The translations under genes and the position numbers were made by a program. Shown one piece after another: positions 1 to 11,853 of a DNA stretch of 64,000 nucleotides. The stretch lies in assembly GCF_964355755.1 (NCBI RefSeq), contig NC_092678.1, forward strand, positions 12,832,352 to 12,896,351. The letters run 5' to 3'. The stretch comes from Antedon mediterranea (lineage: Eukaryota > Animalia > Echinodermata). Below the pieces are notes generated by a model. It was given only the letters and a program-made list of their open reading frames with translations. It searched no databases and was not told the DNA's origin. How positions within the stretch are numbered: position 1 is the stretch's first letter; each line of letters starts with the position of its first letter.

Positions 1-527
1 CTATTATGCAACAGTGTTACGTAATAATGACAATGACTTGGTCTATTATTGTGGTCTCCGATACCTTTTATTACATGATTGTACTTCCACCAGGATAGAA
101 TGAGGTTTAATCTCGTTATTATTCTTATTATATATATATATATTTTTTTTTCATATATATATCTGGGGTGTATTTATTAGATTATACATGTTACTATTAT
201 TACACCCAACAAAATAAACGCCTTCCCTGAATAAATAAATGCCCGAGGCTTTTATTCGGGTAACTACAGTAAATTACTTTTAGCATTCTCAAAATGTTAA
301 CAATACTTTCTAGCATTATTATAAGCAAAAGTACAATTATTACAAACAGTAAAGGATTTGTTTTAATTCCTATAATGAAATTATTAAGCATCAATTATTG
401 CATAACATTACTGTCTAATGATAAGTTGGGTAGATATGTTTTTCATTTAAAAGATTAGTAATTAATAGTATTTCTGATCATCTTTTATCCGTTTCTGTTA
501 GAATGAATGTAAATATGTGTATTTCTA

Positions 528-1135
528 ACAATTTGATACTAAATTTAAGTTTCTACGACCTGTACTTACAGAGATAAGAAGATGCCCTGGTATGTATGTC
601 AAAGGTCAGAAATGTCATTTCCGGTCATTTTCGACTAAAATGTTTCATTAGACTGAATATGAATGTATACCTTCTGAACATTTTGAGACCAAAATTTACT
701 CGCTGTGACCAGTGGTTGCCGAGATACAAATACCTAATTGTGTTTATTCATATAACCCCTGCCTTGACCTTTTGACCTTTTGTAACATTGTTCAAAATGT
801 GTAACAAATAACTAAATGTATATTTCGAACAATTTGAGCCCAAATTCAAGTCTCTACGGCCAATAGTTACGGAGATACAGACATGCCCTGGTTTATGGGT
901 CAAAGGTCAGAAATGGCATTTCCGGTCATTTTCGACTAAAATGTTTCATTAGACTGAATATGAATGTATACCTTCTGATCAATTTGAGACCAAAATTACC
1001 TCGCTGTGACCAGTGGTTGTCGAGATTTAAGGACATAATGGTGTTTGATCTTATAACCTTTGACCCCGACCTTTTGACCTTTCGCCACATTTTCAAAATG
1101 TGTAACCAAGCCAAAAATGATTGTTTGACCACCCT
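528..1135. repeat. Degenerate tandem repeat (~300-bp dimer of ~150-bp subunits) rich in GGTCAAAGGTCA/TGACCT motifs; same family as the arms of the foldback element at 1868-5000
   Basis: The block tcaaaggtcagaaatgNcatttccggtcattttcgactaaaatgtttcattagactgaatatgaatg recurs at ~599 and ~900, with a similar block at ~4363-4440. Confidence 0.75.
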
Positions 1136-1189
1136 AAACCAATTTCTGAAGTCAAATTCTCTGGACCTCAAAGTGCATACGAAAGTTGA

Positions 1190-1808
1190 TCTAGCTACTA
1201 GAGTATACAGGAGCACGTTAGAAGTAATACTAAAACTCCAAAAGAGAGCTGTAAAATGCACCTTCTCTAAATCCAGACAAGTCTCAGAGCCACTGTTTAA
1301 GAAACTAAAAATATTAAACGTTTATGATATTTACAAAGTCAACGTCATAGGATTTATGGCAAACGTAAAATTCAATGAATCACCACATCACATTTTAAAT
1401 ATTTTTAATTACTGTGACAGTATTAGGCCTACTCATAACCTCAGAACAGAAACTGAATTCGAAATTCCCTTCACAAGACTAACTTGCAGTCAACAATTTA
1501 TACACATATATGGACCAAAATTGTGGAAATAATTCACTTGTAATGGTGGTAATAAACCGGTTATCTTAAAGAAACAAAATAAATGTATAAAAAAACAGTT
1601 AAAAAAATACTTTTTATCACTATATGCTGATTAACAGCACCTTTGTTTATTTAAGTTCTATATACTGGTTCTTATGTAAAAGGGTCCTACAAAAAAACGA
1701 AGCTACAGCTTTTTTATGCAGGATCCCTGTTTTCAGTTGTACTGTAATTATGATGTACTGTAATTGATGACTAAATAAATGTGGAATAAATGAAATGAAA
1801 TGAAATAA
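1190..1808 (+). mobile_element. 5'-truncated CR1/L2-group LINE 3' end with (TGAAA)n tail
   Basis: The C-terminal part of ORF 960..1532 (LQKRAVK...SEPLFKKLKILNVYDIY...THNLRT...YGPKLW) matches the typical post-RT region of CR1-group ORF2. It is followed by AATAAA and tgaaatgaaatgaaat at ~1785-1806. Confidence 0.75.
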
Positions 1809-1867
1809 GAAAATGTGTATAATAAGCTTTTGACCAATACTAATTAACATTAAATTACATTTATTAA

Positions 1868-4800
1868 TAGTACAGGCTATATGTGACATTTATCCTATGT
1901 AACCTTGAAAAAATTCTAATAAAAGGTCTTTTGGTATTTCCTTGTAGCTTTAGGTGTGAATAAATACAAAAAATTTTTTGCTGCCTTCTAGTTGCTGCGT
2001 TAGTGAGATATTGAGGGTCAAAGGTCAGTGACCTTTTGTGGCATTTGATGGCTCATAACTCCTCAACTCCTGGGTTTAAAAAGACAAATGTTGTGCCTAC
2101 ATCTATGTTTTAGTGGTCAAACAACAAAATAAAGTTTTTGCAAATTTCGGGTTACTTGTGCCATTGGTCAGATAGTCGGGTCAAAGGTCATTGACCTTTA
2201 TTCATTAATAACTACTGCTAGTCTAGGACCTTGGTAAGATTTGTATGCATTTAATTTAGGAGAGAATATCTCAACTGTTATAGGATAATTAGACCCCAAG
2301 GAACAACATGGGATATGTGCCAAATTCGTTATCTGGGGCGAACATGCCCAAAATCGGGGTCAAAGGTTAGAAATGTATGGTTCTTATATCTCGACAACCA
2401 CTTGTCATACAGATTTGCTTTTGGTGTCAAATTGTTCAGAATATACATATTTATATTCAGTCTAACACAACTTTTACCCCAAAAAATGACCGGAAATTCT
2501 TTTACTGACCTTTGACCAAAAAATGACCAAAAAAACACATTTTCGGGTTAAATTATTCCATAAAATGTCAATGGACACACTATATGGTATAAAATGAAAG
2601 CATATACAATATGCTACCCATTGCTACCCAACTTGTATTAAACATTTTTAATTAGGAATATAACTTTATGGAAAATGTGCATAATTGACTTCAGCATTTA
2701 GAATTATTATTAATTTATCTTTATCAACTGGTACGAACTTTCCTGATGATTTGAAGTTGGGTCTAGTTACACTTATTTTAAAGACGCCTTCACATACTTG
2801 CATGGCAAATTTTCGATCTATTTCTAATGTCGCTTTCTTATCTAAGATCCTTGAGAAATGCGTTGCTTTAGATCTCATACATTTTCTTGACGACAATAAT
2901 CTGTTCAACCCTCTTCAATCAGCATATAAAAAGCGCCACAGTACAGAGTCAGCCATTCTCAAGGTGCATAATGATATAATTTTAGCTCTGGATAAAGGTA
3001 ATTGTCTTTTTTCTGTGTACCTCGACCTGTCGGCAGCTTCTGATACCATGGACTATTCCATTATTATTGCAAGACTTTCGTTTATTGGTATCCGTGGATC
3101 TGCTCTAAATTAGTTCAAGTCATATTTGTCTTCTAGGAAGCAGCAGGTCCAGATTGGTAATGTCAAATCCGCCTCTATCGACCTGAAATGCGGTGTTCAT
3201 CAAGGATCAATACTGGGTCCAGTATTGTTTTTAGTTTACACCTCGCCCATGAGTGATATCATTAAGAGACATTGTGTCCAATATCATGTGTACGCAGATG
3301 ATACATCAGCTTTAATTCAGCAGAGTTTAATGAGGCGAAGTCGGTTATCGAAGCTTGTGTTGTTGATGTTCAGGATTGGCTAACTAAAAACATGCTCTTT
3401 TTAACCCTGGTAAAACAGAAATCTTATTTATTCATTCAAAACACTTCAAGAAATTGGCCATTGCTAGAAACATCAATCACATCATCGTTGGAGGTTAGAT
3501 ATATCGGAGTTGTATTTGACTCAGCAATGATTATGTCCAGACATATCAACAACATTAGTAAATCTGATACCTACCACCTTCGTAACATAAGATCAATTCG
3601 CAAATCCTTAACCCACTCCTCGCTTATTAAACTTGTCCATGCACTAATAACATCACGGTTAGACTACTGCAATGCCATTTTGTTTGGTCTACCAAATAAA
3701 GAACTTAATAAACTACAACTAATTCTTTTCTTTTTTATACCAAATTTCATTACAACGCTAGAATTATTTCACCCAAAATAAACTTACATTAATTTATACT
3801 CATTTTTGTCTAAATTTAATAAAATATATGCATATTTTCCAAAAATAACATCACATAATTATATACAAGTTAGGTAGCATATTGTATGTGCTTTCCTTTG
3901 ATACCAAATATGTCTTTTCAAACATTTGAATTATTTAATATCATAAATAAACCAAAATAAATTATCTGGTAATGTATACCCATTTTTGTCAAAAAGCAAT
4001 AAAATATGCACATTTTTCACCAAAGTAGCATCATAATTACAGATTTGTATTAAAAGTTGGATAGCAATGGATAGAATATTGTATGGGCTTTTATTTGATA
4101 CCAAATAGTTCTTCCAAACACTTATTTAAAATTATTTAACATTATATAAATAAGCACAACAATTACGCTACTAAATATTCATTTTTTGTATAAAAGTAAT
4201 CAAATTAGGCACATTTTCCATAAGATTAGATTCCTAATTAAAAAATGTTCAATATAAGTTGGGTAGCAATGGGTAGCATATTGTATATGCTTTCATTTGA
4301 TACCATACAGTGTGTCCATTGACATTTTAAATAATAATTTAACCCAAAAATGTGTTTTTTGGTCAAAGGTCAGTAAAAGCATTTCCGGTCATTTTTTTGG
4401 GTAAAAGTTGTGTTAGACTGAATATAAATATGTATATTCTGAACAATTTGACACCAAAAGCAAATCTGTATGACAAGTGGTTGTCGAGATATAAGAACCA
4501 CACATTTCTAACCCTTGACCCCGATTTTGGGCATTTTCGCCCCAGATAACGAATTTGACACATATCCCATATTGTTCCTTGGGGTCAAATTATCCTATAA
4601 CAGTTGAGATATTCTCTCCTAAATTGAATGCATACAAATCTTACTCAGGTCCTACACTAGCAGTAGTTATTAATGAATAAAGGTCAATGACCTTTGACCC
4701 GACTATCTGACCAATGGCACAAGTAACCCGAAATTGGCAAAAACTTTATTTTGTTGTTTGACCACTAAAACATAGATGTAGAAACCACATTTGTCTTTTT

Positions 4801-5000
4801 AAACCCAGGAGTTGAGGAATTATGAGCCATCAAATGCCACAAAAAGGTCACTGACCTTTGACCCTCAATATCTCACTAACGCAGCAACTAGAAGGCTGCA
4901 AAAATTTTTTGGTAATTATTGACACCTAAAGCTACAAGAAAATACCAAAAGACCTTTTATTAGAATTTTTTCAAGGTCAAACTATATATAGCCTCTACTA
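1868..5000. mobile_element. Foldback-type non-autonomous element with ~800-bp inverted arms (1868-2688 and ~4200-5000)
   Basis: The left end TAGTACAGGCTATAT matches the reverse complement of the right end (TAGTAGAGGCTATAT), and the arms align over their length. Mirror ORF pairs 2315/4363 and 2329/4352 are near-identical on opposite strands. Extra ~190-bp subrepeats lie at ~3780-4200. Confidence 0.85.
2689..3720 (+). mobile_element. Decayed L2-clade LINE reverse transcriptase fragment inside the foldback element
   Basis: RT motifs NFRSISNVAFLSKILEK, QSAYKKRHSTESA, LDLSAASDT, GVHQGSILGPVLF, YADDT and the L2-typical SRLDYCNAILFGLP are spread across three broken frames. Confidence 0.9.
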
Positions 5001-6245
5001 TAAAGTAAATATCAATATTTAATCAAATGGTATAAATAAATATATATTAAAATACGCAGAAATCCAGTTTCAATATGCATAATGTAATGTAATACATTTA
5101 TTTTTTTTCAAATATTACCATATATTAATAATAATTATATAAGTGCTTCTAAGGTTTATAAAATGAAAGTTAGTGTATGTGTCATCCACACGCATGCGCA
5201 ATTCAACTTAGGTAGACTGCAAGACACATCTTATTCTCCCACATTTATATTTACTGATGCACAAAATATTAGTCATCTCTGTAAATATTAAACAATAAGT
5301 ATTTTGAATTTGAGTAATATCGATATTTTTTGCGTGGCTATAAACATACTAGCCTACTATTATTCATTTAATCACGTGACAACACATTCATTTGATATAT
5401 AATTAAAGATCACAATTAAAAATGCTTGCTGTTGAATATGCCATGTAACATAATAGGTATTCAGTTTGACTAAAAATAGGATAAACAATTTAAAGCAAAA
5501 AAAAAAAAATGGCTGCCAGCCAGTGGGTTTCGGTTACATTTAACCGTTTAATTCGTCTCTTTAAAAGTAGAATTGTTTTGTTTGTTCGTAAGTGAATAAC
5601 TTGATTAAAACTTCAAAATGGCCTATTCAAAGTCTGAGTTCACGTTTTTTGGGGTTAGGGTTAATAAACAAGATTTATTATCAATTTTGAATCATATATA
5701 TTACCAAATATTTTGTTATTGACTAATATTGCTTTGCATTTATAAAATACTGTACATCTGAATACAAATATTGCTGAAAAATACCTGCTACATATCATAA
5801 AAAGAAAGTGCCAAATATTTCAATAATAGTTATTAGTAATAATATATATATTTTCGTTTAACAAGGTGATAAATTTCCTAAATATGTTCTAGTTTCAATA
5901 TTTAAATACGCAAAATGCAAATATCATAAATACTACATTAAAAAACAATAATGAAATTGTAAACATAGTTAAATTTTGAAAATACAACAATGGACAAATC
6001 GTAATAATTGCGACGCAATTTGAGACGCTAACTTTTAGCAGCAGTCTGTTTTCATTTTCACAACGTTGTTATACTTTAGGCCGCTGTCATCATCTGTTAA
6101 AGAGATAGAAATTACAATTGTTATTATTACATAATACCATAACTTATTATATTATATGGAATTATAATTATATTATTATGTTTATGAAAATGAAAGAAGT
6201 TTTTAATATTAGTATTTTTATATATTTTCTTATCATCCTAAGGAT

Positions 6246-6433
6246 GAACATATTGCACACAACGTCTCACACTTTACGAATCATTACAACTCGAACATAT
6301 TGCACACAACGTCTCACACTGTACGAATCATTACAACTCGAACATATTGCACACAACATCTCACACTGTACGAATCATTACAACTCGAACATATTGCACA
6401 CAACGTCTCACACTGTACGAATCATTACAACTC
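6246..6433. repeat. Minisatellite, 47-bp unit x4
   Basis: gaacatattgcacacaacgtctcacactgtacgaatcattacaactc starts at 6246, 6293, 6340 and 6387. Confidence 0.95.
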
Positions 6434-8440
6434 GAGATGCTTTGACCAAAATTAAATATTACGCAGTACTTAAAATAATATAGTATTTTTAGTGTATTTC
6501 CACATGGATATACTGGCAACGCATTCACAAGCATTTAAAATGAGCTAGCACTTTTGATTTGTCAAATTACTTGCGTTGTGCGTAAGTCTTTGCATTGCGC
6601 ACCAACCATTATATCATTCTTAACTTGTCGTAAGCTTCATAAAAACTTGAACGGACGGAAGTCTGCGTCGTTTTATTAATTAATGGAAACATTAAACAAA
6701 GAATTGACAGGACTTTGTCCGTAAAAAGAAAAACATGTAAATGTAGCTGTATACGGGACCTATTTTTAGTGATAAAATTAAGGTAACAATAATAACTCAC
6801 ATAGCCAGTTCCCCTCATTAGATCCAGCAGTCTTGAAATCTGGCAACGTTTTTGATGAGTCCCACTTGTCCTTACCGACAAACTGCCAAGTTACTCCATT
6901 ATCTTTACTGCGCATGTAACTGCGCATATCCTTGTGAATTCCATAGATATGCCCTTTGGATTGGTCCGAACCAATAACGTTGTGGAGGTACATTGGCAGT
7001 GCTATTGACGAACAATGTAAATTATGTGTATTTAGGTTCAAAGAGAGAGATTTAAACGCAATTTATCAAATTCATTTCACTGAACTAAGGTGAAGGCGAA
7101 CCTACTTTGGATTTTCGCCGATTAAAAAAAAATGGATATGGTTTGAGGCGCTTCTGCTCTTGATTCGATATAGGATAGTGGTTTTTGGCAGCTGAAAGTT
7201 TTTAAATGTGTAGAGGTCCATGGTTCAGTGCTACCATTGGGGTTAAAAAATATTAAATCATTAAACTCACCTTTCCATCTCCCGTTTGGTGGATCATCTT
7301 GTACATAACAGGACGGAACAAACTTCTGGGATAGACGTCCATATGAAGGATTACAAGCAAAAATGATGTAATTAGCTGGATCGTTCAATTTCTTAGTTAT
7401 TACAAAACCCCGATCATAATAATCTGTCAACATAAAAATGCAATGTGGGCAATGTATGAGTTAATCGTTGGTTCTTGAAATAAATTTAAATAATGATACA
7501 CGTGCTATACATTGCAGTAATAACTGATTTGCATGGTATTTAAAAAAATCATGTGGAATATAAAGTTACTACACAAAGACAAGTTCACACATCACTGCAT
7601 AAAACAAATGTATGGCATTGTATATTAAAGCTCTTTCTATTAGTGGTAAGTGAGTGTGGCATTGCTAATAATCGCACGTGCAGGCGTCAACACTAAATAC
7701 CCAGACTTGGAACGTAGTGTTTTGGATGTTATCAATTATGGCCCCCGTAAAAAAATTCAAAATATTAACTGATTTGTTTATTAAAGAAAGTACCTGAAAC
7801 TGGACAGTTACTAGAATCTCTGACACACACAGTATGCTTTCCGTCTTCGCATTTATGGGCACCAGCTACACAACAATCGCACTGGTTAGATCCCAAGTCG
7901 TAATGGCAGACACATGTCTGAGTATTAGCCCACTTGCTGTATCTCATCACAGTTATGTACTCTTTTTTATTTTGTGGTTAGAGTTCAATTTGGTTCCATT
8001 TTATTGGACTACACTATTGTAAGAACGTGGTGCTGGTTTGTAGGCCTAAACACTGTTTTACTAAACATTGAATTGATTAAACTAAGAATACTCAAATAAA
8101 TCAATGGATCAAATTTGTTTATATAAAATCTTGATTTACTTTGAAACGACCAAATTTGGCGCTTTTCAAATTCATTAAAATACAGTAGCTATGTATTCTT
8201 TATACTACCTTGAGGCATAGAATATTCACAAATGGCTGGTAAGATAGCGGTACACTCCATAATGTCCCAGTCTCCAAGATCAGTACTGACGTCGTCTCTT
8301 GCGTCATAGATCTCTATATAAGCCGCAGTTCCACAGTCTTTATTCGAGCTTGTCCCGGGTCTGTTAGGTAGCCATTTTGTATATGACGCTGATGAACCGT
8401 CTGTCCACTTGAACTCATCACCCTGTGTGAAAGTTCATGG

Positions 8441-10539
8441 TATACACTAAAATTGTTTTTTAAATTGTTAAAATAATTGTTGAATAAACCCACCGATAAT
8501 AATGAGAAATTTCAGAACACCGTTAACGTAGTAAATGACAAAAATAATGTTTAATTTGTCGACGAACATGATAGGACACTAGCCCAATTGCAATCTGATA
8601 CATTTACACATCCAACTAAAGTAGAACCCCTTAACTTACAACCTTACATTGACTGTGTAGAGAATAACATGGGATTAGCAGCCCCATTCCAAATGAAAGA
8701 AGAACAAATTAAGGAACAAACTAATCTAATCATGACAGCACCTAATGATTCTAATATTCTAATTCTAATATATATATATGACATTAAACCGAGGTAGATT
8801 TAAAGCAGGACATTTCCAAGTTTTAGTTTCGTATTCTAAACTGACATCAGCCAAACGTAACACCGATAATACAAAACACGAACCTAATGTTCGCAAATTT
8901 TGGTGGAATATTGACGACAGATATAACGATACAGATAAATTGATTAAAGAGATTATTAATAATAAACAGATACCGATAAGTAGATCGCCAAAACGATTCA
9001 TAAAACGTTTGTATGATGCAACAAGTTACTGAATTAATTTTTTTGGCAAGATTTTTTTTTAAAAATTACGACATTTGCTAAATTAATGATAGCATAGTCT
9101 ACGTATTTGATTAGATTTGTTTAGTAATGATGTGATTTCAGTTAAAAGAGAATTGAATTTATGTTTAAGTATTGATTTTGTAACGAGTTTTTTGATAAAG
9201 ATTAATTTTGAATTTTGTCGACCGATCGAAATCGTAATTACCTGTGAATAAAAATGCTTAAATCGATAAAGTTGTGACGATAACAATATATTGTGAATAA
9301 GTTTGTGTTTCATATTTTGAGTCAATTATTGATTTTAGGCTAATCAGCCACAGTTTTCTTGAGTTTTATGTTTTGATTTGATTGATTTATGTTTGAAGGC
9401 CATTAGAACGCGATGAGTTGTCGCACGATCTGAGGTATGTTCAATGTAACATATTATTCTATACGTTTTGTATTTTTATTTTTAACCGATTTTTGTTTGA
9501 TTTACGCGAATCCCGTTATTATAGATTAGAGTGCATAATTAACAAGATAATTAACGACTTCGTGACCGATGTTCTTTAGTGAAACCCCACCGTTGTGATG
9601 TCTTTATTTCGGTAATCCGAGTGTAGCATGCCTCCAAAGCAACGGACCCACAATGACGTCGATCTTGAACAACACTTTCGTTTTTTATACATTTTTTTCC
9701 AATTTTGTTTTATGAATTCCTGAATTTTATACAAAATTCACTTTTTAATTTTAATTTTTTTTAAGAGAGAGAAGAGAGAGAGAGAGAGTGAAAGTGATAA
9801 GGTTACACTTCAGAGTCAATGGTTTTGGCTAACTCAATTTTGCTTATATGTATAATAATGTTTTTTTTCTTTTATATAACTTTAATTTTGCATGCCACTA
9901 ATATAACCATTTTTATATTTTAAATAAATTAGGAAAAAGAAGGAGACAGAGGGATGTAATGCAATGATATACTTTTATAATTAAGAAATCAACCTTTGTA
10001 TTAGAATTCAACTAAGTTCACGAACTTGGCCCGGAAAGACCAGAGGAGAAATTATCCAGATGTTTTAATGTTCATTTAGTTCATAATTAAATCCCAAAAG
10101 TAAACAGTTTATTTGACCTCTCTAACCGTTCCCATCGTAAAACAATTAGATATTGACAGTTTTTAGCAAAGATTCAACAGGGCCATTTCATCATTGTAAC
10201 CTCCCCAGATAAGATCAATCATTCCCACTTAAACACCCCTGGATCAACTTAGGACCAATCATTAGCTCCAGAAATGATGTAATGACATATGCTAATGAAT
10301 CGAAGCCAATATACCCCCAAGTTTCCGAAGAGCCCAGACACACCTCACAGCTACTTCTCCAAAAGCAGACCTACACACCTCACACCTCACCGACAGCATC
10401 ACCGTATCCTCTGTTCCTGTTTCTATATTGTATTGTATTGAGTATATAACGTATTATTGAATAAACAATATATGTGTTACTACATTCAAGTTAGTAGAGT
10501 CTTCATTACAAGTCAGAAACCTCATAACACCATATTACA
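8441..10539 (+). mobile_element. 5'-truncated diverged copy of the non-autonomous LTR element (internal region, PPT and 3' LTR at 9955-10539)
   Basis: 8441-9950 aligns with 41133-42630. The PPT aggaaaaagaaggagacagaggga is followed by a TGTAAT...ATTACA LTR. It sits in the intron that splits the C-type lectin domain. Confidence 0.85.
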
Positions 10540-11209
10540 CTAGTAGTATGAAACGTGTAATAATTTCTACTTAAATTCACGTCATTCGATTAGCCATGAT
10601 ATATCTTCAACAATACTTCTTTTATTACATCGTTTTGTTCATGGTATCGTTTTTAAACAATTATTATCCTTTAAAAGTAATAAATATAAAAATATAATAA
10701 TATAATATAATACATACTCCAACGTCTTTCAAACCAATCCAATATCTGTAAGGAGATTGTATAGAAACAAGGCCCCGAAGAAATTGTTGTTCAAAAGCAT
10801 CTTTGATCGTGACTAATTGCGCATTGTCTGCTTCACAGGCCGCCTTTGCTGCATTCCAAGTTTCTAGCGTGTCGTTGAACACTCGGTAACACGTTTTCTT
10901 GTAAGGTGTATAACCAGGTCGACATACATCTTAGATTTTAAATTTAATAGTATATTAATTCACTTCACAAAATGATCGGTATTTTCTCTAAAAATGACAT
11001 TATTACTATAACATCATGGGCAAATTCCAAGATTATAGCGTTACATATTATGTATCACATGTGACGCCTTTTAGTGCGATTCGGTTTAACATTGCTAAAA
11101 GATAAACATATGGCGTGCCATAGGTATACGTGAGCTGGAATCAATGTTGTTGAGCTCGTAAAAAATACATAACATAAACAGAAGACTTAGGGCTATGTTA
11201 AGACATTTG

Positions 11210-11853
11210 TGTCATGTATTCGTGATAATAGAAAAGATGTAGATACAGTACGACAAATGTGTACTGTATAATTACATTGATTGTAAACGAACAAACAGAA
11301 ATCAAATGTAATGAAACTAGAAAAGAAACTAAATTAAACGATGTATGCACACATCTAGTTCCAGAATTATTTAAGCATGTAATAAATTACCATTCCCTAC
11401 AGTAACATAGTATCTACATAAACTTTCCAGAATAAGAGTATGTTTAGATTTAAGAAACCATGTATAATTAATATAAGAACAATTAGGAATATTCCAGAAG
11501 TATACTATTAATAAAAAACTGTAATCCAATAGAGTAATAAGTATAAGGAATGATCTGGAAGGTTATGAACATATTGTATATACATGGAAGTATGACATTT
11601 GTAAAGAGGGAGAAGAAGGATTTTTGATTAAAGCATTTATTTTGAAGAAGGTTGGATATTAGATTGTAAAAGTTATTGTGAAGCCGTTGTTTAAAGTATT
11701 TACTGGATTGTTGAAAGTTGTAGTTCGTTGATTGAAATTAATTTTGAGTTATTTTACAACTTTAAGGATTTCGTTTGTATACTTTTATGTCACAAGGGAG
11801 TTCCTAAAGTATTTTCAACCGCTCGAAAACATACGTAAAATGAGTTCGTGACA
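11210..11853. mobile_element. Possible solo LTR of an unrelated family
   Basis: TGTCATG...CGTGACA termini and repeated TTCCAGAA motifs; no TSD found. Confidence 0.4.

Noticed and set aside
960-1532. 190-aa ORF as a real gene
   Set aside because: It is a chimera of a non-coding tandem repeat (N-terminal half) and a LINE ORF2 3' end.
2315-4563. Duplicated small ORFs 2315/2329/4352/4363 as genes
   Set aside because: They are by-products of the inverted arms and have no recognisable protein features.
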